Source of the DNA: Amoebidium appalachense
Lineage: Eukaryota > Protista > Ichthyosporea
DNA length: 64,000 nt
Direction: 5' to 3'
Assembly (NCBI GenBank): GCA_963693365.1
Contig: CAVNZM010000001.1
Coordinates: 9,943,661 to 10,007,660 of the forward strand
A model generated the notes under the pieces. That model had not been told where the DNA came from. It saw nothing but the letters and a program-made list of their open reading frames with translations, and made no database searches. Of the stretch, positions 34,752-54,506 are shown piece after piece; within the stretch, counting starts at the first letter, position 1, and each line of letters opens with the position of its first letter. The position numbers and the translations under genes are program-made.

Positions 34752-35391
34752 AAATGCACGAGCACTAGTAGAAGTAATGCATGATCTAGCATAGTGTATT
34801 TCATCTCGGTCCGCTAATAGAAGCATCCCAAAATCTGACTGTGGCCTGTGGTCCATGTTTATTAGAGAGGGAAAAAAACGGGACTTCGCCGCTAGTTTAC
34901 CTTTATTTGTGTTGACTCAATTGACACATAGCTTCTGTACACATCATAGTATTCACCAATACATACCAATGTCCACTCGGGATATATATATATACACACC
35001 CAAATCCTCAATCATTCACTCACAGCAAACATGCATGCATCTATTGGCACAAAATTCCGCATATGAATGAAGTCATGGTCCGGTACGTGTGTACATATAA
35101 ATATTTCCTGCCACTCCTTGTATGTGATATTCTCAGTACCGTAAATTAGAAACATAGGCACTCATTCCCTCTATGATACATTCCCATCACCTAGGTGTGT
35201 ACATGGGATACATCAGCCTCTCAGGTTTCCGACGTATACACACCCAAATCATCAAATTCTTGTTCGTGGAAAGGTTAGCATATATATCCTGCCACTCCTT
35301 CTATGTATTGTTCTCGGTGCCTTCACATGCACTCATTCCCTCTTTCATACATACTCGTCGCAAGGCGCGCTCATCATAGTGGTACATTCAC

Positions 35392-43432
<8,041 letters not shown>

Positions 43433-44700
43433 GTTTGTCACAAACACTTAAGAGAAAGTTGACTCACTAACGAATTGATTGATTTATTGGGGCACTAGGT
43501 AAATAAAGTGTAATGAATTGCATATGTTAAAAAAGGAATGGCGGTGGGCTTTCACGACACACAATACCGTAGTAGATTCGTGAGAGTTCACACCGAGCCT
43601 ACAATCACACACGACAGGGAGACAGCTACTCAGTTTATATATAGGCCACTTTCAAAGCTACTATATTCCATCTATCAACAAAGACAAAAGGGTGTTTGAA
43701 AACCAACTGAGAAAACTCTGTGTGTGAATCATGTGTCGGAATGTCTTTTATAGACCGTGTACCTTCAAGTTGGTGCACGTGAGACGTTGCGTCACTGAGT
43801 AAACGTTTTATCCTGCTGACTACAAGAATGTGCAACGGAATCTCAGATCTGGTTGCTCAGAATTAGCGACAGTGATTATTGACCCCTAAAAAAATATTAC
43901 AAACATAAGCAGTACCGTTTAAAAGTTTCAAACACATTTTTTATCACCTAGTGCATCAAATAGACATTAAGTTAGCTGATAGCATCAGGAGAAAACTTTA
44001 CTGTTCACTTGTTGCCCAATCACAAGCGACAAACTGCGTGCGCCAATAAGATTCCCGCTACAAGCTACAAGCTTAGCCAAATATGGGCTGTGTAAACCAG
44101 GGCTTGCTATTTCAGTAATGGTAGATTACATATTGGCTCACAGAATTGGCTCAGTGACTATGGGAGAGTGACTTAGGCTTGGTTTTTTAGCTCACGATCG
44201 CGTATCATTTCGTATTTGTTCTCACCGCCGCAAAACACGTTGTAACACAAATTTTAAATTTTCAGGGGGAAAAAAGAAATAAAACAATAGAAAAAAAATA
44301 TCTAAGGTGGCTAATGTACACATCAAGGATCTATTCTGCACACTGTATTATCAAATCTTCAAAGCCCTGAAGAGATAGATTAGCCAAACTAGTTCATCCA
44401 ATCACAAGCATCCACTGTGGAGCCTGTCACATTCTTGTCATTCCTTCAAGCTAGTCTGTCATCATGACGATCCTCCAACAACTTTGCGCAAACCGTCACC
44501 GTGCCGCCGGCATGTAGCTGCAAAGGCAATTTGCAAGTAACTAGTACGAGTCATACTTGCCAGCGACAATAAACTGCACATGCGAAGAGAGGGGAGGGCA
44601 GGTGCCAGGCGGAACAGGGGAATCAATGGCCCTGGAAGTGGGAAGGGGGCCTCGCGGAAATCTCTAATTAGCTAACACAACCACACACATACACACACAT

Positions 44701-45459
<759 letters not shown>

Positions 45460-46943
45460 GGCTGACCTCCCTTTCCCTCTCTCCCTTAACGAATAAATGT
45501 CCTAAAATAAATTTCCTTATATACCATATATGGTATATAAGACTATTGGTCCGTTATGTCCACACCAATCAAATTGAGTGCGGGGATGAACCATGCATGT
45601 GCATAACGGCAGATCGTAATCCCCCATACTCCCTAACTCCCGATACTCAGTGGGGGCCGATAATCCTACATATGAAATTTGATCAATTACATAGTGAAAT
45701 TTCAAAATGAACCCTTTGTCCTTAAACACAGACACACGCACACACACACACATACAAGCTACACAAAACACGCTCCACGTGGCACACACGCGCGCACTTG
45801 TTCGCGCGCATTACACGCACACGTACACACGCACGCACAGGCCGGTCCTTTCAATGATCCCGGTCCTTCCTGCTAGTCCTTCCGCGGAACTGAGTAGGCA
45901 AGTAGGTCATCCCCAGGCTTCCTCCCCTCCGCCCCACCCCTTTCCCACCCCTCTCGATCTTGCCTCTTGCAGAAGCAATGCCCACAAGCACACACGTGTA
46001 TACACACATGCACACACACGCACGCACGCACACACACGTACCGCATGATGCTGCGCAAGCGGCAACAAATACACGTGTACCATGGCACACATGCATGCAA
46101 GTGGATGCGATGTATGGATCTTGCCAGATCTTTCCGCTGATCTGGAATGCATTTGAAGGTGGATTACGTTTTCCGGTTGGTAACCGTGGATTGGGCCTTG
46201 TGTGTTGAGAGCGAAGCAAAGCTTTCTTTACATCCTATTTAGTGATCCTACTGTCTGACTGTACATTACTGCCAAACACCTCCGAGGCTTGCGAGTAGGC
46301 CGGTTCGTTTCTTCTCTTAAGATCATCCCACTATGACAAGATGGTTTATTGCTAATTAATGGTTTATATGTTTTTCCCCTAACATTTAATTAAATTAACT
46401 AGATTTATTTCTCTGGGACACACTGAAAACAACTGCATTTCAAGTCTTGACGGCTGCCATGCATATGGGGGACTTGGCTAATTAGATCAAGGAAAATCGA
46501 CACGCATCAGTGTGGCTCGATTCGGTTGGTCCGTTCAACTTCGGAACGCTTTTGATGCTGAGCTTCTTGATGGGGGGGTTTGAGAATATTTTTATAATGA
46601 CTTTAATGATAAACTCATGTGACATCAAGAAAAGCATGCGAGATATCACATTTGAGAATATGAGAGCTGTTAAAAATACTTGAATCTTTCAGCTTTCTAT
46701 TCAATAATTCAACAAACACTGATCACATGTATGTAGGTTTGATAGTAAGCTTCTGGTATACCTCTTTAAAAAACTTCATGCGGATTTTATGTGATTTGGA
46801 CGCGATAATAAAGCAAATGCAAGGGTTTCTTACTGTGATAAATATTGTTGATCCTGATCATCAATAATATCATCATGATCAGTTGTTTTTAGAAATTAGA
46901 AACTTTGGTAAGAAATGTGTTACCCCCCTTTCCGCCGGGCGCC

Positions 46944-47311
46944 TTGGGATATTCGGGTTGGTTGTAAGGTTTTCCGGGTCGGGCCGAAGGCCCTAACGGG
47001 CCGCAGGCCCGTCTATTGGGCCATAGGCCCTAGGCCGCTAGGCCTGGGGCGCGGGGCCCCGGGGACCGGGGGGCCCGGCCCGGCCCGCGGGCCACCCCCC
47101 GGCCCGGCCCGGCCCGGGGTTAGCAGATTCTGCTAACCCCGGGCCGGGCCGGGCCGGGGGTGGCCCGCGGGCCGGGCCGGGCCCCCCGGTCCCCGGGGCC
47201 CCGCGCCCCAGGCCTAGCGGCCTAGGGCCTATGGCCCAATAGACGGGCCTGCGGCCCGTTAGGGCCTTCGGCCCGACCCGGAAAACCTTACAACCAACCC
47301 GAATATCCCAA
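46944..47311. repeat. 368-bp near-perfect GC-rich palindrome (arms 46944-47127 and 47129-47311, axis T47128)
   Basis: TTGGGATATTCGGG...GGGGTTAGCAGA-T-TCTGCTAACCCC...CCCGAATATCCCAA. The only difference I found is C6 versus G5 in one homopolymer. Confidence 0.97.
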
Positions 47312-47554
47312 AATTGCTTCATTCTGATTGGTTGTCACACCACGGGGTTTCCCGATTGTTCTTCGAATGACATTTGCTATCACTATCAGACAGTTCTCCA
47401 ATATCAGAACAGAAAACGGTCTCTACCCAGATGGCCAGATGGCCAGGTCAAATTCAGTGTGTGGAAAAAGGTGGATAAAACGGGATAAAACGGTGAGCAA
47501 AATGATCTGGCCATCTGGCCATGTGGCCATGGAATCTCTATATCTAAAAATAGC

Positions 47555-47935
47555 TGCCACTGCGCCGGGGCGTGGTTCCGGGAGGCAGGGGAGGCACACG
47601 TGCAGGGGAGCACTCACTGGCACTGCGCCGGGCGTGGTTCCGGGAGGCAGGGGAGCAGGGGGGCAGGGGAGGCACACGTGCAGGAGGCAGGGGAGCACTC
47701 ACTGGCACTGGGGGCGTGGTTCCGGGAGGCAGGGGAGGCACACGTGCAGGGGAGGCAGGGGAGCAGGGGAGACTGGGGGGCCACTCACGGTGTTGTGTAT
47801 GCATATGACCATGGTCACGTGTACTAAGAGACTCCACTGGGGGCGTGGTTCCGGGAGGCAGGGGGGCAGGGGGGGCAGGGGGGCAGGGGGGGACACGTGC
47901 AGGGGAGGCAGGGGGGGGGGGGGGGCAGGGGGGGA
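47555..47935 (+). repeat. Subterminal G-rich mosaic repeats
   Basis: GGGCGTGGTTCCGGGAGGCAGGGG four times (~47568, 47629, 47711, 47840), interleaved with CACACGTGCAGG and GAGCACTCACTGG. Confidence 0.85.
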
Positions 47936-47960
47936 TAAATGTTGTGTGTGCATATGTATG

Positions 47961-48590
47961 TTGGTGCCAAGAGGCAGCGCCCTACACGTGTGGTGTCTAA
48001 ACAGCCTATAGGCATGCTCCGTGTGCAGGCACCAATTTCTACCCTCTTCTGGTTGGTGCCAAGAGGCAGCGCCCTACACGTGTGGCGTCTAAACAGCCTA
48101 TAGGCATGCTCCGTGTGCAGGCACCAATTTCTACCCTCTTCTGGTTGGTGCCAAGAGGCAGCGCCCTACACGTGTGGTGTCTAAACAGCCTATAGGCATG
48201 CTCCGTGTGCAGGCACCAATTTCTACCCTCTTCTGGTTGGTGCCAAGAGGCAGCGCCCTACACGTGTGGTGTCTAAACAGCCTATAGGCATGCTCCGTGT
48301 GCAGGCACCAATTTCTACCCTCTTCTGGTTGGTGCCAAGAGGCAGCGCCCTACACGTGTGGTGTCTAAACAGCCTATAGGCATGCTCCGTGTGCAGGCAC
48401 CAATTTCTACCCTCTTCTGGTTGGTGCCAAGAGGCAGCGCCCTACACGTGTGGTGTCTAAACAGCCTATAGGCATGCTCCGTGTGCAGGCACCAATTTCT
48501 ACCCTCTTCTGGTTGGTGCCAAGAGGCAGCGCCCTACACGTGTGGTGTCTAAACAGCCTATAGGCATGCTCCGTGTGCAGGCACCAATTT
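47961..48590 (+). repeat. Tandem array of 92-bp units (~6.9 copies)
   Basis: Unit TTGGTGCCAAGAGGCAGCGCCCTACACGTGTGGTGTCTAAACAGCCTATAGGCATGCTCCGTGTGCAGGCACCAATTTCTACCCTCTTCTGG; starts at 47961, 48053 ... 48421, 48513; copies almost identical. Confidence 0.97.
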
Positions 48591-48679
48591 GTTGTGCCTT
48601 CCTTTTTTGGTTAGATCTATACCCGGCCAATGGTTAGCAGCCACGGGTTTGTTTTCATCAAGCTTAGACGTGATACTTT

Positions 48680-48790
48680 GCCAATCATCAAGGCTGTTTG
48701 AGTGACAATGACCGTTGATTGGACAGATCTATCCCATTGAACCTTGGCACCATTGCTGTAAGCTGCTTTGTACCGTGGCATATAAAAGCA
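48680..48790 (+). promoter_or_regulatory. CCAAT/ATTGG cluster plus TATAAAAG (48781) upstream of the ORF at 48884
   Basis: GCCAATCA and GATTGG motifs, then TATAAAAG about 100 bp before the ATG; the same layout recurs at other element genes. Confidence 0.6.
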
Positions 48791-48883
48791 GCACACACGG
48801 TCACATTCACTCATTCCAACACTGACACTCAATAGTAAAAGGCGACACACAACAAACTTGTTTTTCAAACACTCACACGAAAC

Positions 48884-50631
48884 ATGGATTCTTGGAAAGA
48901 GGAGCTTCAACAGCTGCAGAAGCGCGTTGATTTTCTGTACACGGACCATTCGTCCCGCTTAACGGCCCTGCACACCGACCTCATCAGCCTCCGCAGTCAA
49001 GTGACCAATGAGAATGCTGCACGTACGCCCCGACCCTCTGATGTAGAGGCACGACTGAGGGCAGCCGAAGACCAGATCAAGACCCTGCAGGCCGAGCTTG
49101 CCAGCCTGCAACGGGCAGTAGCACCCCGCCGGGATGGCCAGGTGGCCTATGAAAACTACATTTTCAGTGGCCCTCGCAAGACTACCCCTGTCGCCATGAC
49201 CACCACTCTGACTGCCCCCCCCCCTGCCACCAAGACCACCACTGTGACTGCCCCCCCCCCTGCCACCAAGACCACCACTGTGACTGCCGGCAGCCCCCCC
49301 CCCTGCCACCAAGACCGCCCCTGTGACTGCCCCCACCCCTGCCACCAAGACCGCCTGTCGTGGCAACAAACAGAGTGTATATGAACTACTCTAACTATCT
49401 GCACGCTTAAAGGGGCTCGAAACCGTGTATACGTATAAACTTTTCTTTGAGTTGGGTGGGAAGCGAGTTTTCTGTGTTCTGAGAAGAACTTCCAAAAGCC
49501 CGCGACCCCGCGAGACACTTCACAGACACGCGGCCCACTGGCCAGACAAATACCACAGTGACATTCAGCCAATCACAACACTCCCTCCCTCACAGACTAC
49601 ACGCACTCCACACCATTGGCTACCGCGACCTCAGACACCCCTACAGCACTACAACACGTACACACGTTTACTCACAATACATATAAGCATACACACACGC
49701 GAGCAGGCAACATGGGTCTCGCCACGCACACAGCAAGAAGCAATACAACATTTAACATGGAGAGTACGCAGAGGCATGGGGCATGCACGCGCGCACCAAA
49801 CAATCAGCCGCCGCTGCATCAGATTCTCCCCATACCACTGATTAATCTCCTCATACCCCATTTAGACCCCGGCATCACTATGCAAGAAACCCCCCGAAAT
49901 TCACTCACCAAAACACAAAATATAGAAGCAAACTAATACGAATCAGCTCAGCACATGACACCGCCCCTGTGACTGCCCCCACCCCTGCCGCAAAGACCGC
50001 CCCTGCCAAGGCCACCCCTACCACCAAGACCACTCCTGCCAAGACCACCCCTGCCACCAAGACCACTCCTGCCAAGACCACCCCTGCCGCTAAGACCACT
50101 CCTGCCAAGACCACCCCTGCCGCTAAGCCCAGGCCCCAGCACACCAAGACACCTGAGACTTCGATGGACCTCGATGCACAGCTAACTAGTGTGAGGGGGG
50201 AGCTCCAGAATGCTCGAGAGCGTGTCAAAGAGGCAAAGGCGGCTGAAGATGAAATAGCGGAGGGCCTGGCCCTTGCTGCTGTGTGTACAGCCCAAAACAC
50301 CATAAAAAGCATCCGAAGGAAGATTCTGCGACGGGAGAAGAACTTGAAGGCATACACAGGTGGTAATGAGTCTGTCTCCTCACCTGCCTCACCCGCCAAA
50401 CGCGTCCATGATCAATGTGATTGGGACTCAGATGAAGCATTCAACCCCAAGCGGCTCAAACGACGGGCAAATCAGGTACTCGATGATATGACAGATGACA
50501 AATCTGCGTCTGATTGTGAGTCGGTCTTGTATGACCGCAAACCTGAACCCAAACATAAACAAACTGAAGAAATTCCCCTCATTGATCTTGACGAGGAAGA
50601 GTTTGACCAGTATGAGGATGAGATGGACTGA
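48884..50631 (+). pseudogene. Coiled-coil / PAKTT-repeat / acidic-tail protein gene, disrupted by a solo LTR and a frameshift
   Basis: ORF 48884 (MDSWKEELQQLQKRVDFL.. coiled coil, then TKTTTVTAPPPA repeats) and ORF 49969 (PAKTT repeats, coiled coil, KRLKRR, acidic tail) join seamlessly (TKTAPVTAPTPAAK) once 49356-49960 and one TSD copy are removed. An extra 7 nt near 49286-49292 shifts the frame. Confidence 0.75.
49356..49960. mobile_element. Solo LTR of an LTR retrotransposon (605 bp)
   Basis: Starts TGTCGTG and ends CATGACA (TG..CA with a short imperfect terminal inverted repeat). Flanked by the exact 5-bp duplication CCGCC (49351-49355 and 49961-49965). Interrupts an otherwise continuous coding repeat. 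Confidence 0.8.
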
Positions 50632-51033
50632 TTTGATTGGTCGACTAAGTGGCATTCTCTTTTGATTTGTATTTGAATTGATCGGTCTTGATTTAATTTG
50701 TTTCTTTTCTCTTTTAGTTTGTATTTGAATATACTCGGTCCAAATTGATTTGTTCTTTGTAATCTGACTAGACTATCATGTACGTACTTACTCTTTTTCT
50801 ATACAATCACTTGTGTTCATATTAAAGGATTCTGTGTACGTGGACCACGGAAACATACACCATTTTTTGCAGTGCTTCATGCTATAAAATAACCATGAGA
50901 GACACAAACAAATACATTAAGTGTGTACACGTCTACCCATAGGCCCAAGTGTTGACATGTCTGCCCACAGTTCCCTAAGGCTTAAAGCACACATCTGCCT
51001 GTATGCCATAAACTTTACTTTCACCACAAGGCA

Positions 51034-52112
51034 CCCACCTAAGTACACTCTGCACCACCCTAAGTACACTGTGGTGCACAGCCCCACTGTCCTAAGTACA
51101 CGTCTGCACCACCCTAAGTACACTGTGGTGCACAGCCCCACCCTAAGTACACCTCTGCACCGCCCTAAGTACACCTCTGCACCGCCCTAAGTACACTCTG
51201 CACCACCCTAAGTACACGTCTGCACCACCCTAAGTACACGTCTGCACCACCCTAAGTACACTCTGCACCACCCTAAGTACACGTCTGCACCACCCTAAGT
51301 ACACGTCTGCACCACCCTAAGTACACGTCTGCACCACCCTAAGTACACGTCTGCACCACCCTAAGTACACGTCTGCACCACCCTAAGTACACGTCTGCAC
51401 CACCCTAAGTACACCTCTGCACCACCCTAAGTACACCTCTGCACCACCCTAAGTACACGTCTGCACCACCCTAAGTACACGTCTGCACCACCCTAAGTAC
51501 ACGTCTGCACCACCCTAAGTACACGTCTGCACCACCCTAAGTACACGTCTGCACCACCCTAAGTACACCTCTGCACCACCCTAAGTACACCTCTGCACCA
51601 CCCTAAGTACACCTCTGCACCACCCTAAGTACACCTCTGCACCACCCTAAGTACACCTCTGCACCACCCTAAGTACACCTCTGCACCACCCTAAGTACAC
51701 CTCTGCACCACCCTAAGTACACGTCTGCACCGCCCTAAGTACACTCTGCACAGCCCTAAGTACACTCTGCACAGCCCCACCCTAAGTACACTCTGCACAG
51801 CCCCACCCTAAGTACACTCTGCACCACCCTAAGTACCTCTACACCATCCTAAGTACACGTCTGCACAGCCCCACCCTTTAAGTACACGTCTGCACCACCC
51901 TAAGTACACTCTGCACAGCCCCACCCTTTAAGTACACTCTGCACAGCCCCACCCTAAGTACACTCTGCACCACCCTAAGTACCTCTACACCATCCTAAGT
52001 ACACGTCTGCACAGCCCCACCCTTTAAGTACACGTCTGCACCACCCTAAGTACACTCTGCACAGCCCCACCCTTTAAGTACACGTCTGCACAGCCCCACC
52101 CTAAGTACACTC
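51034..52112 (+). repeat. Minisatellite of ~22-bp units CCCTAAGTACAC(G/C)TCTGCACCA (roughly 45-50 copies, with shorter and longer variants at the edges)
   Basis: Period 22 checked (CCCTAAG at 51425 and 51447). Lies between two convergent genes. Confidence 0.95.
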
Positions 52113-52189
52113 AATGTTAAGTACATCTGCACACAAGCACTAGAATAGCCTGAGGCTACTCTCTAATAGCGGCCCCTTTTTTCACCGTG

Positions 52190-52834
52190 TCAAGGCCAGT
52201 TGATATCTCCGTCTGAAGACTCGGAAGACGCCCCAGAGCTGCTGGCTTCACTGGCTCGTGCCCTTTTCTGCTGTCCCCGTGTCAAGGTCTTGGACTCGGA
52301 AGACGAGTACTCCTCATGTTCTGACCGCCGTCCCCGTGTCAAGGTCTTGTACCAACTTGAAGCTAACGCGGCCCGAGACACAGGCACTCCTGGAGGAAGG
52401 TAATCCTCCTCCGACCCAGAGCTTCTGACTTCCTCTCGTGTCCTCTTCTGCTGTCTTCGTGGTTTCTCCCGTGTCTTGGACCCCTGTGTGATGTGCAAAC
52501 GTGAGCGCTGCAGGGGCAGGGGGGCCAAGTCCACGGGATAGGCGCTGCCATGCTCGCCAGCACGAAGTGCAGGTGCCGCTGCCAGGACAGGGGGTGCCAC
52601 GGTCAGCGCTGGGGGTGCCACGGTCAGCGCTGGGGGTGCCACGGTCAGCGCTGGGGGTGCCACGGTTGCTGCTGTAGTGGTGCGCTTGCTTAAAGCCATG
52701 CGGGCGTGCCTAGCAAGGGCGCACGCGAAACGGGTCTGGGTGTCCCGCAGGACCTTTGCATCCTCCTCCAAAGTCTTGAGTCTTGTCTCTATTTTTTTAG
52801 CGCGCCTTTCTAGATCTTTGATGTTAGAACTCAT
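52190..52834 (-). CDS. Hypothetical nuclear protein: N-terminal coiled coil, TVAPPAL repeats, basic/Ser-rich tail
   Basis: MSSNIKDLERRAKKIETRLKTLEED.., 21-bp coding repeats, NLS-like KRTR/KRAR. Reverse-strand TATA (~52919-52927) and ATTGG/CCAAT cluster upstream. Confidence 0.7.
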   Translation of the reverse strand: MSSNIKDLERRAKKIETRLKTLEEDAKVLRDTQTRFACALARHARMALSKRTTTAATVAPPALTVAPPALTVAPPALTVAPPVLAAAPALRAGEHGSAYPVDLAPLPLQRSRLHITQGSKTREKPRRQQKRTREEVRSSGSEEDYLPPGVPVSRAALASSWYKTLTRGRRSEHEEYSSSESKTLTRGQQKRARASEASSSGASSESSDGDINWP

Positions 52835-53781
52835 TTTCGTGACAGTTGGATGTACGTTGTGTGCCAAGGGAGAAGCTAGCTAACATGGAAAAGGTGTGTG
52901 GATTGAAGAGAGTATGGGCTTTTATATGCCGTGCCCGGCTTTGGCATCAGATGCTTTATTGCATTAGATTGGTTGGATATACCCCAGCCGCGACGCTTGA
53001 TTGGATCTAGAGATCGCGTGAATATCTGATTGGCTAATTGTCATTTGGGCATCTTGGTGTATCCGATAAGTTGGGGCTCAACCAAATCTGCTGACTGATT
53101 GATGAATTCTGATTGGATCAACAAGAGCATGTTTTGACTTGAGAATTGTCATTTGACAGATTGGATTGTAATCCGATCTTTGCAACTTGGCCGTCAGTGT
53201 TTGAACACAATGTATTTTGATGTAGCAACTCCTAAAAAAACACGAATATGCTTCCCAACAATTACGAGCATTATTCTGTCTATCAGGGATACAAAAATTG
53301 GTCAGGAAAAGTACACAATCACATGGTGCTGACTGCTTGAACACGATGTCAACTGATAGCGAATCGGTGCACTGCCTGCTGGGAACAACATGTCACTTTT
53401 TGAGCAGCACTTAGGAAACTCGCGCTCACGTGGATCCAATACTTATACACCAACCAGAAGTGTGCGCACAAAAAGGGGTCCGAGCTGGATACAAATGGCT
53501 TGGTGTGTGTGTGTGTGTGTTTTATTTTGCACTGTGTAAGGAGCGCTTTTTTTGTTCACACTGCTTTACTTTGTAAATAATCAGTGGCGAGTTTTTTTAG
53601 TTCACGGTGTGTTTGCGCATCATAGGATTTTGCTTTATTTTGCATTGTGTAAGAGGAACGTTTTTTTTTTGGGTCACACTTTTGCTTCGTAAAAATAAGA
53701 GGGACGTTTTTTTTGTTCACACTGCTTTGCTTCGTGGATAAAAACTAAACACCTCCTGCCCAACCGGCTGCAAACGACACA

Positions 53782-54144
53782 ATGGATGAAAGTTTAACAG
53801 TCACACAGCGCCAAGATGCACACACCGAGCAGCTGCAAGAGACCAACAAGATGCTGAAGGAGGCCAACGAGGGGCTGCACGGGCTGATCCAGCAGCTGAG
53901 GGAGTTGAACAACGACATGGACAAGGACAACGACGCGCTGCGCACAATGAACAAGAACCAGCGGGAGGTGATCAAGGGCCTGCAAGAGGAGCGCAACAAG
54001 GTGTGCGAAGAGAACAAGAATTTGGTGGTGGAGAACCAAGAGCTGCAGCTGGAAAACGACAAGCTGAAGAAGCAAAAGGACTTTCTACGGGCCTGTCTCA
54101 TACGGCTGGGCCAGTCCGCTAAGACTCCGGATGAAACGGATTGA
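53782..54144 (+). CDS. Hypothetical coiled-coil protein (120 aa)
   Basis: Continuous heptad pattern (LQETNKMLKEANEGLHGLIQQLRELNNDM..ELQLENDKLKKQKDFL) and strong GC3 codon bias. Confidence 0.75.
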   Translation: MDESLTVTQRQDAHTEQLQETNKMLKEANEGLHGLIQQLRELNNDMDKDNDALRTMNKNQREVIKGLQEERNKVCEENKNLVVENQELQLENDKLKKQKDFLRACLIRLGQSAKTPDETD

Positions 54145-54202
54145 TACAATCATGAGGGATAACACTTGCGAGTGATTTCATTCTGTTACTTAGTATGTAT
54201 TA

Positions 54203-54506
54203 ACGTCTAAGCTTGATGAAAACAAACCCGTGGCTGCTAACCATTGGCCGGGTATAGATCTAACCAAAAAAGGAAGGCACAACAAATTAGTGCCCTGCAC
54301 ACAGAGCATGCCTATAGGCTGTTTAGACACCACACGTGTAGGGCACTGCCTCTTGGCACCAACCAGAAGAGGGTAGAAATCAGTGCCCTGCACACGGAGC
54401 ATGCCTATAGGCTGTTTAGACACCACACGTGTAGGGCACTGCCTCTTGGCACCAACCAGAAGAGGGTAGAAATCAGTGCCCTGCACACGGGGCATGCCTA
54501 TAGGCA
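54203..54506 (-). repeat. Inverted copy of the 92-bp array end and its flank (here 93-bp units, ~2.3 copies)
   Basis: 54203-54288 is the reverse complement of ~48586-48671 (ACGTCTAAGCTTGATGAAAACAAACCCGTGGCTGCTAACCATTGGCCGGG..), followed by reverse-complement repeat units with a few substitutions. Confidence 0.93.

Noticed and set aside
46915-47322. Two mirror-image ORFs (WDIRVGCKVFRVG..)
   Set aside because: They are a by-product of the palindrome.
47961-48590. CRISPR-like array
   Set aside because: The units are contiguous and nearly identical, with no unique spacers and no cas genes.
51034-52112. CRISPR array or true chromosome telomere
   Set aside because: It has no unique spacers, is internal and flanked by genes, and is not a pure (CCCTAA)n tract.
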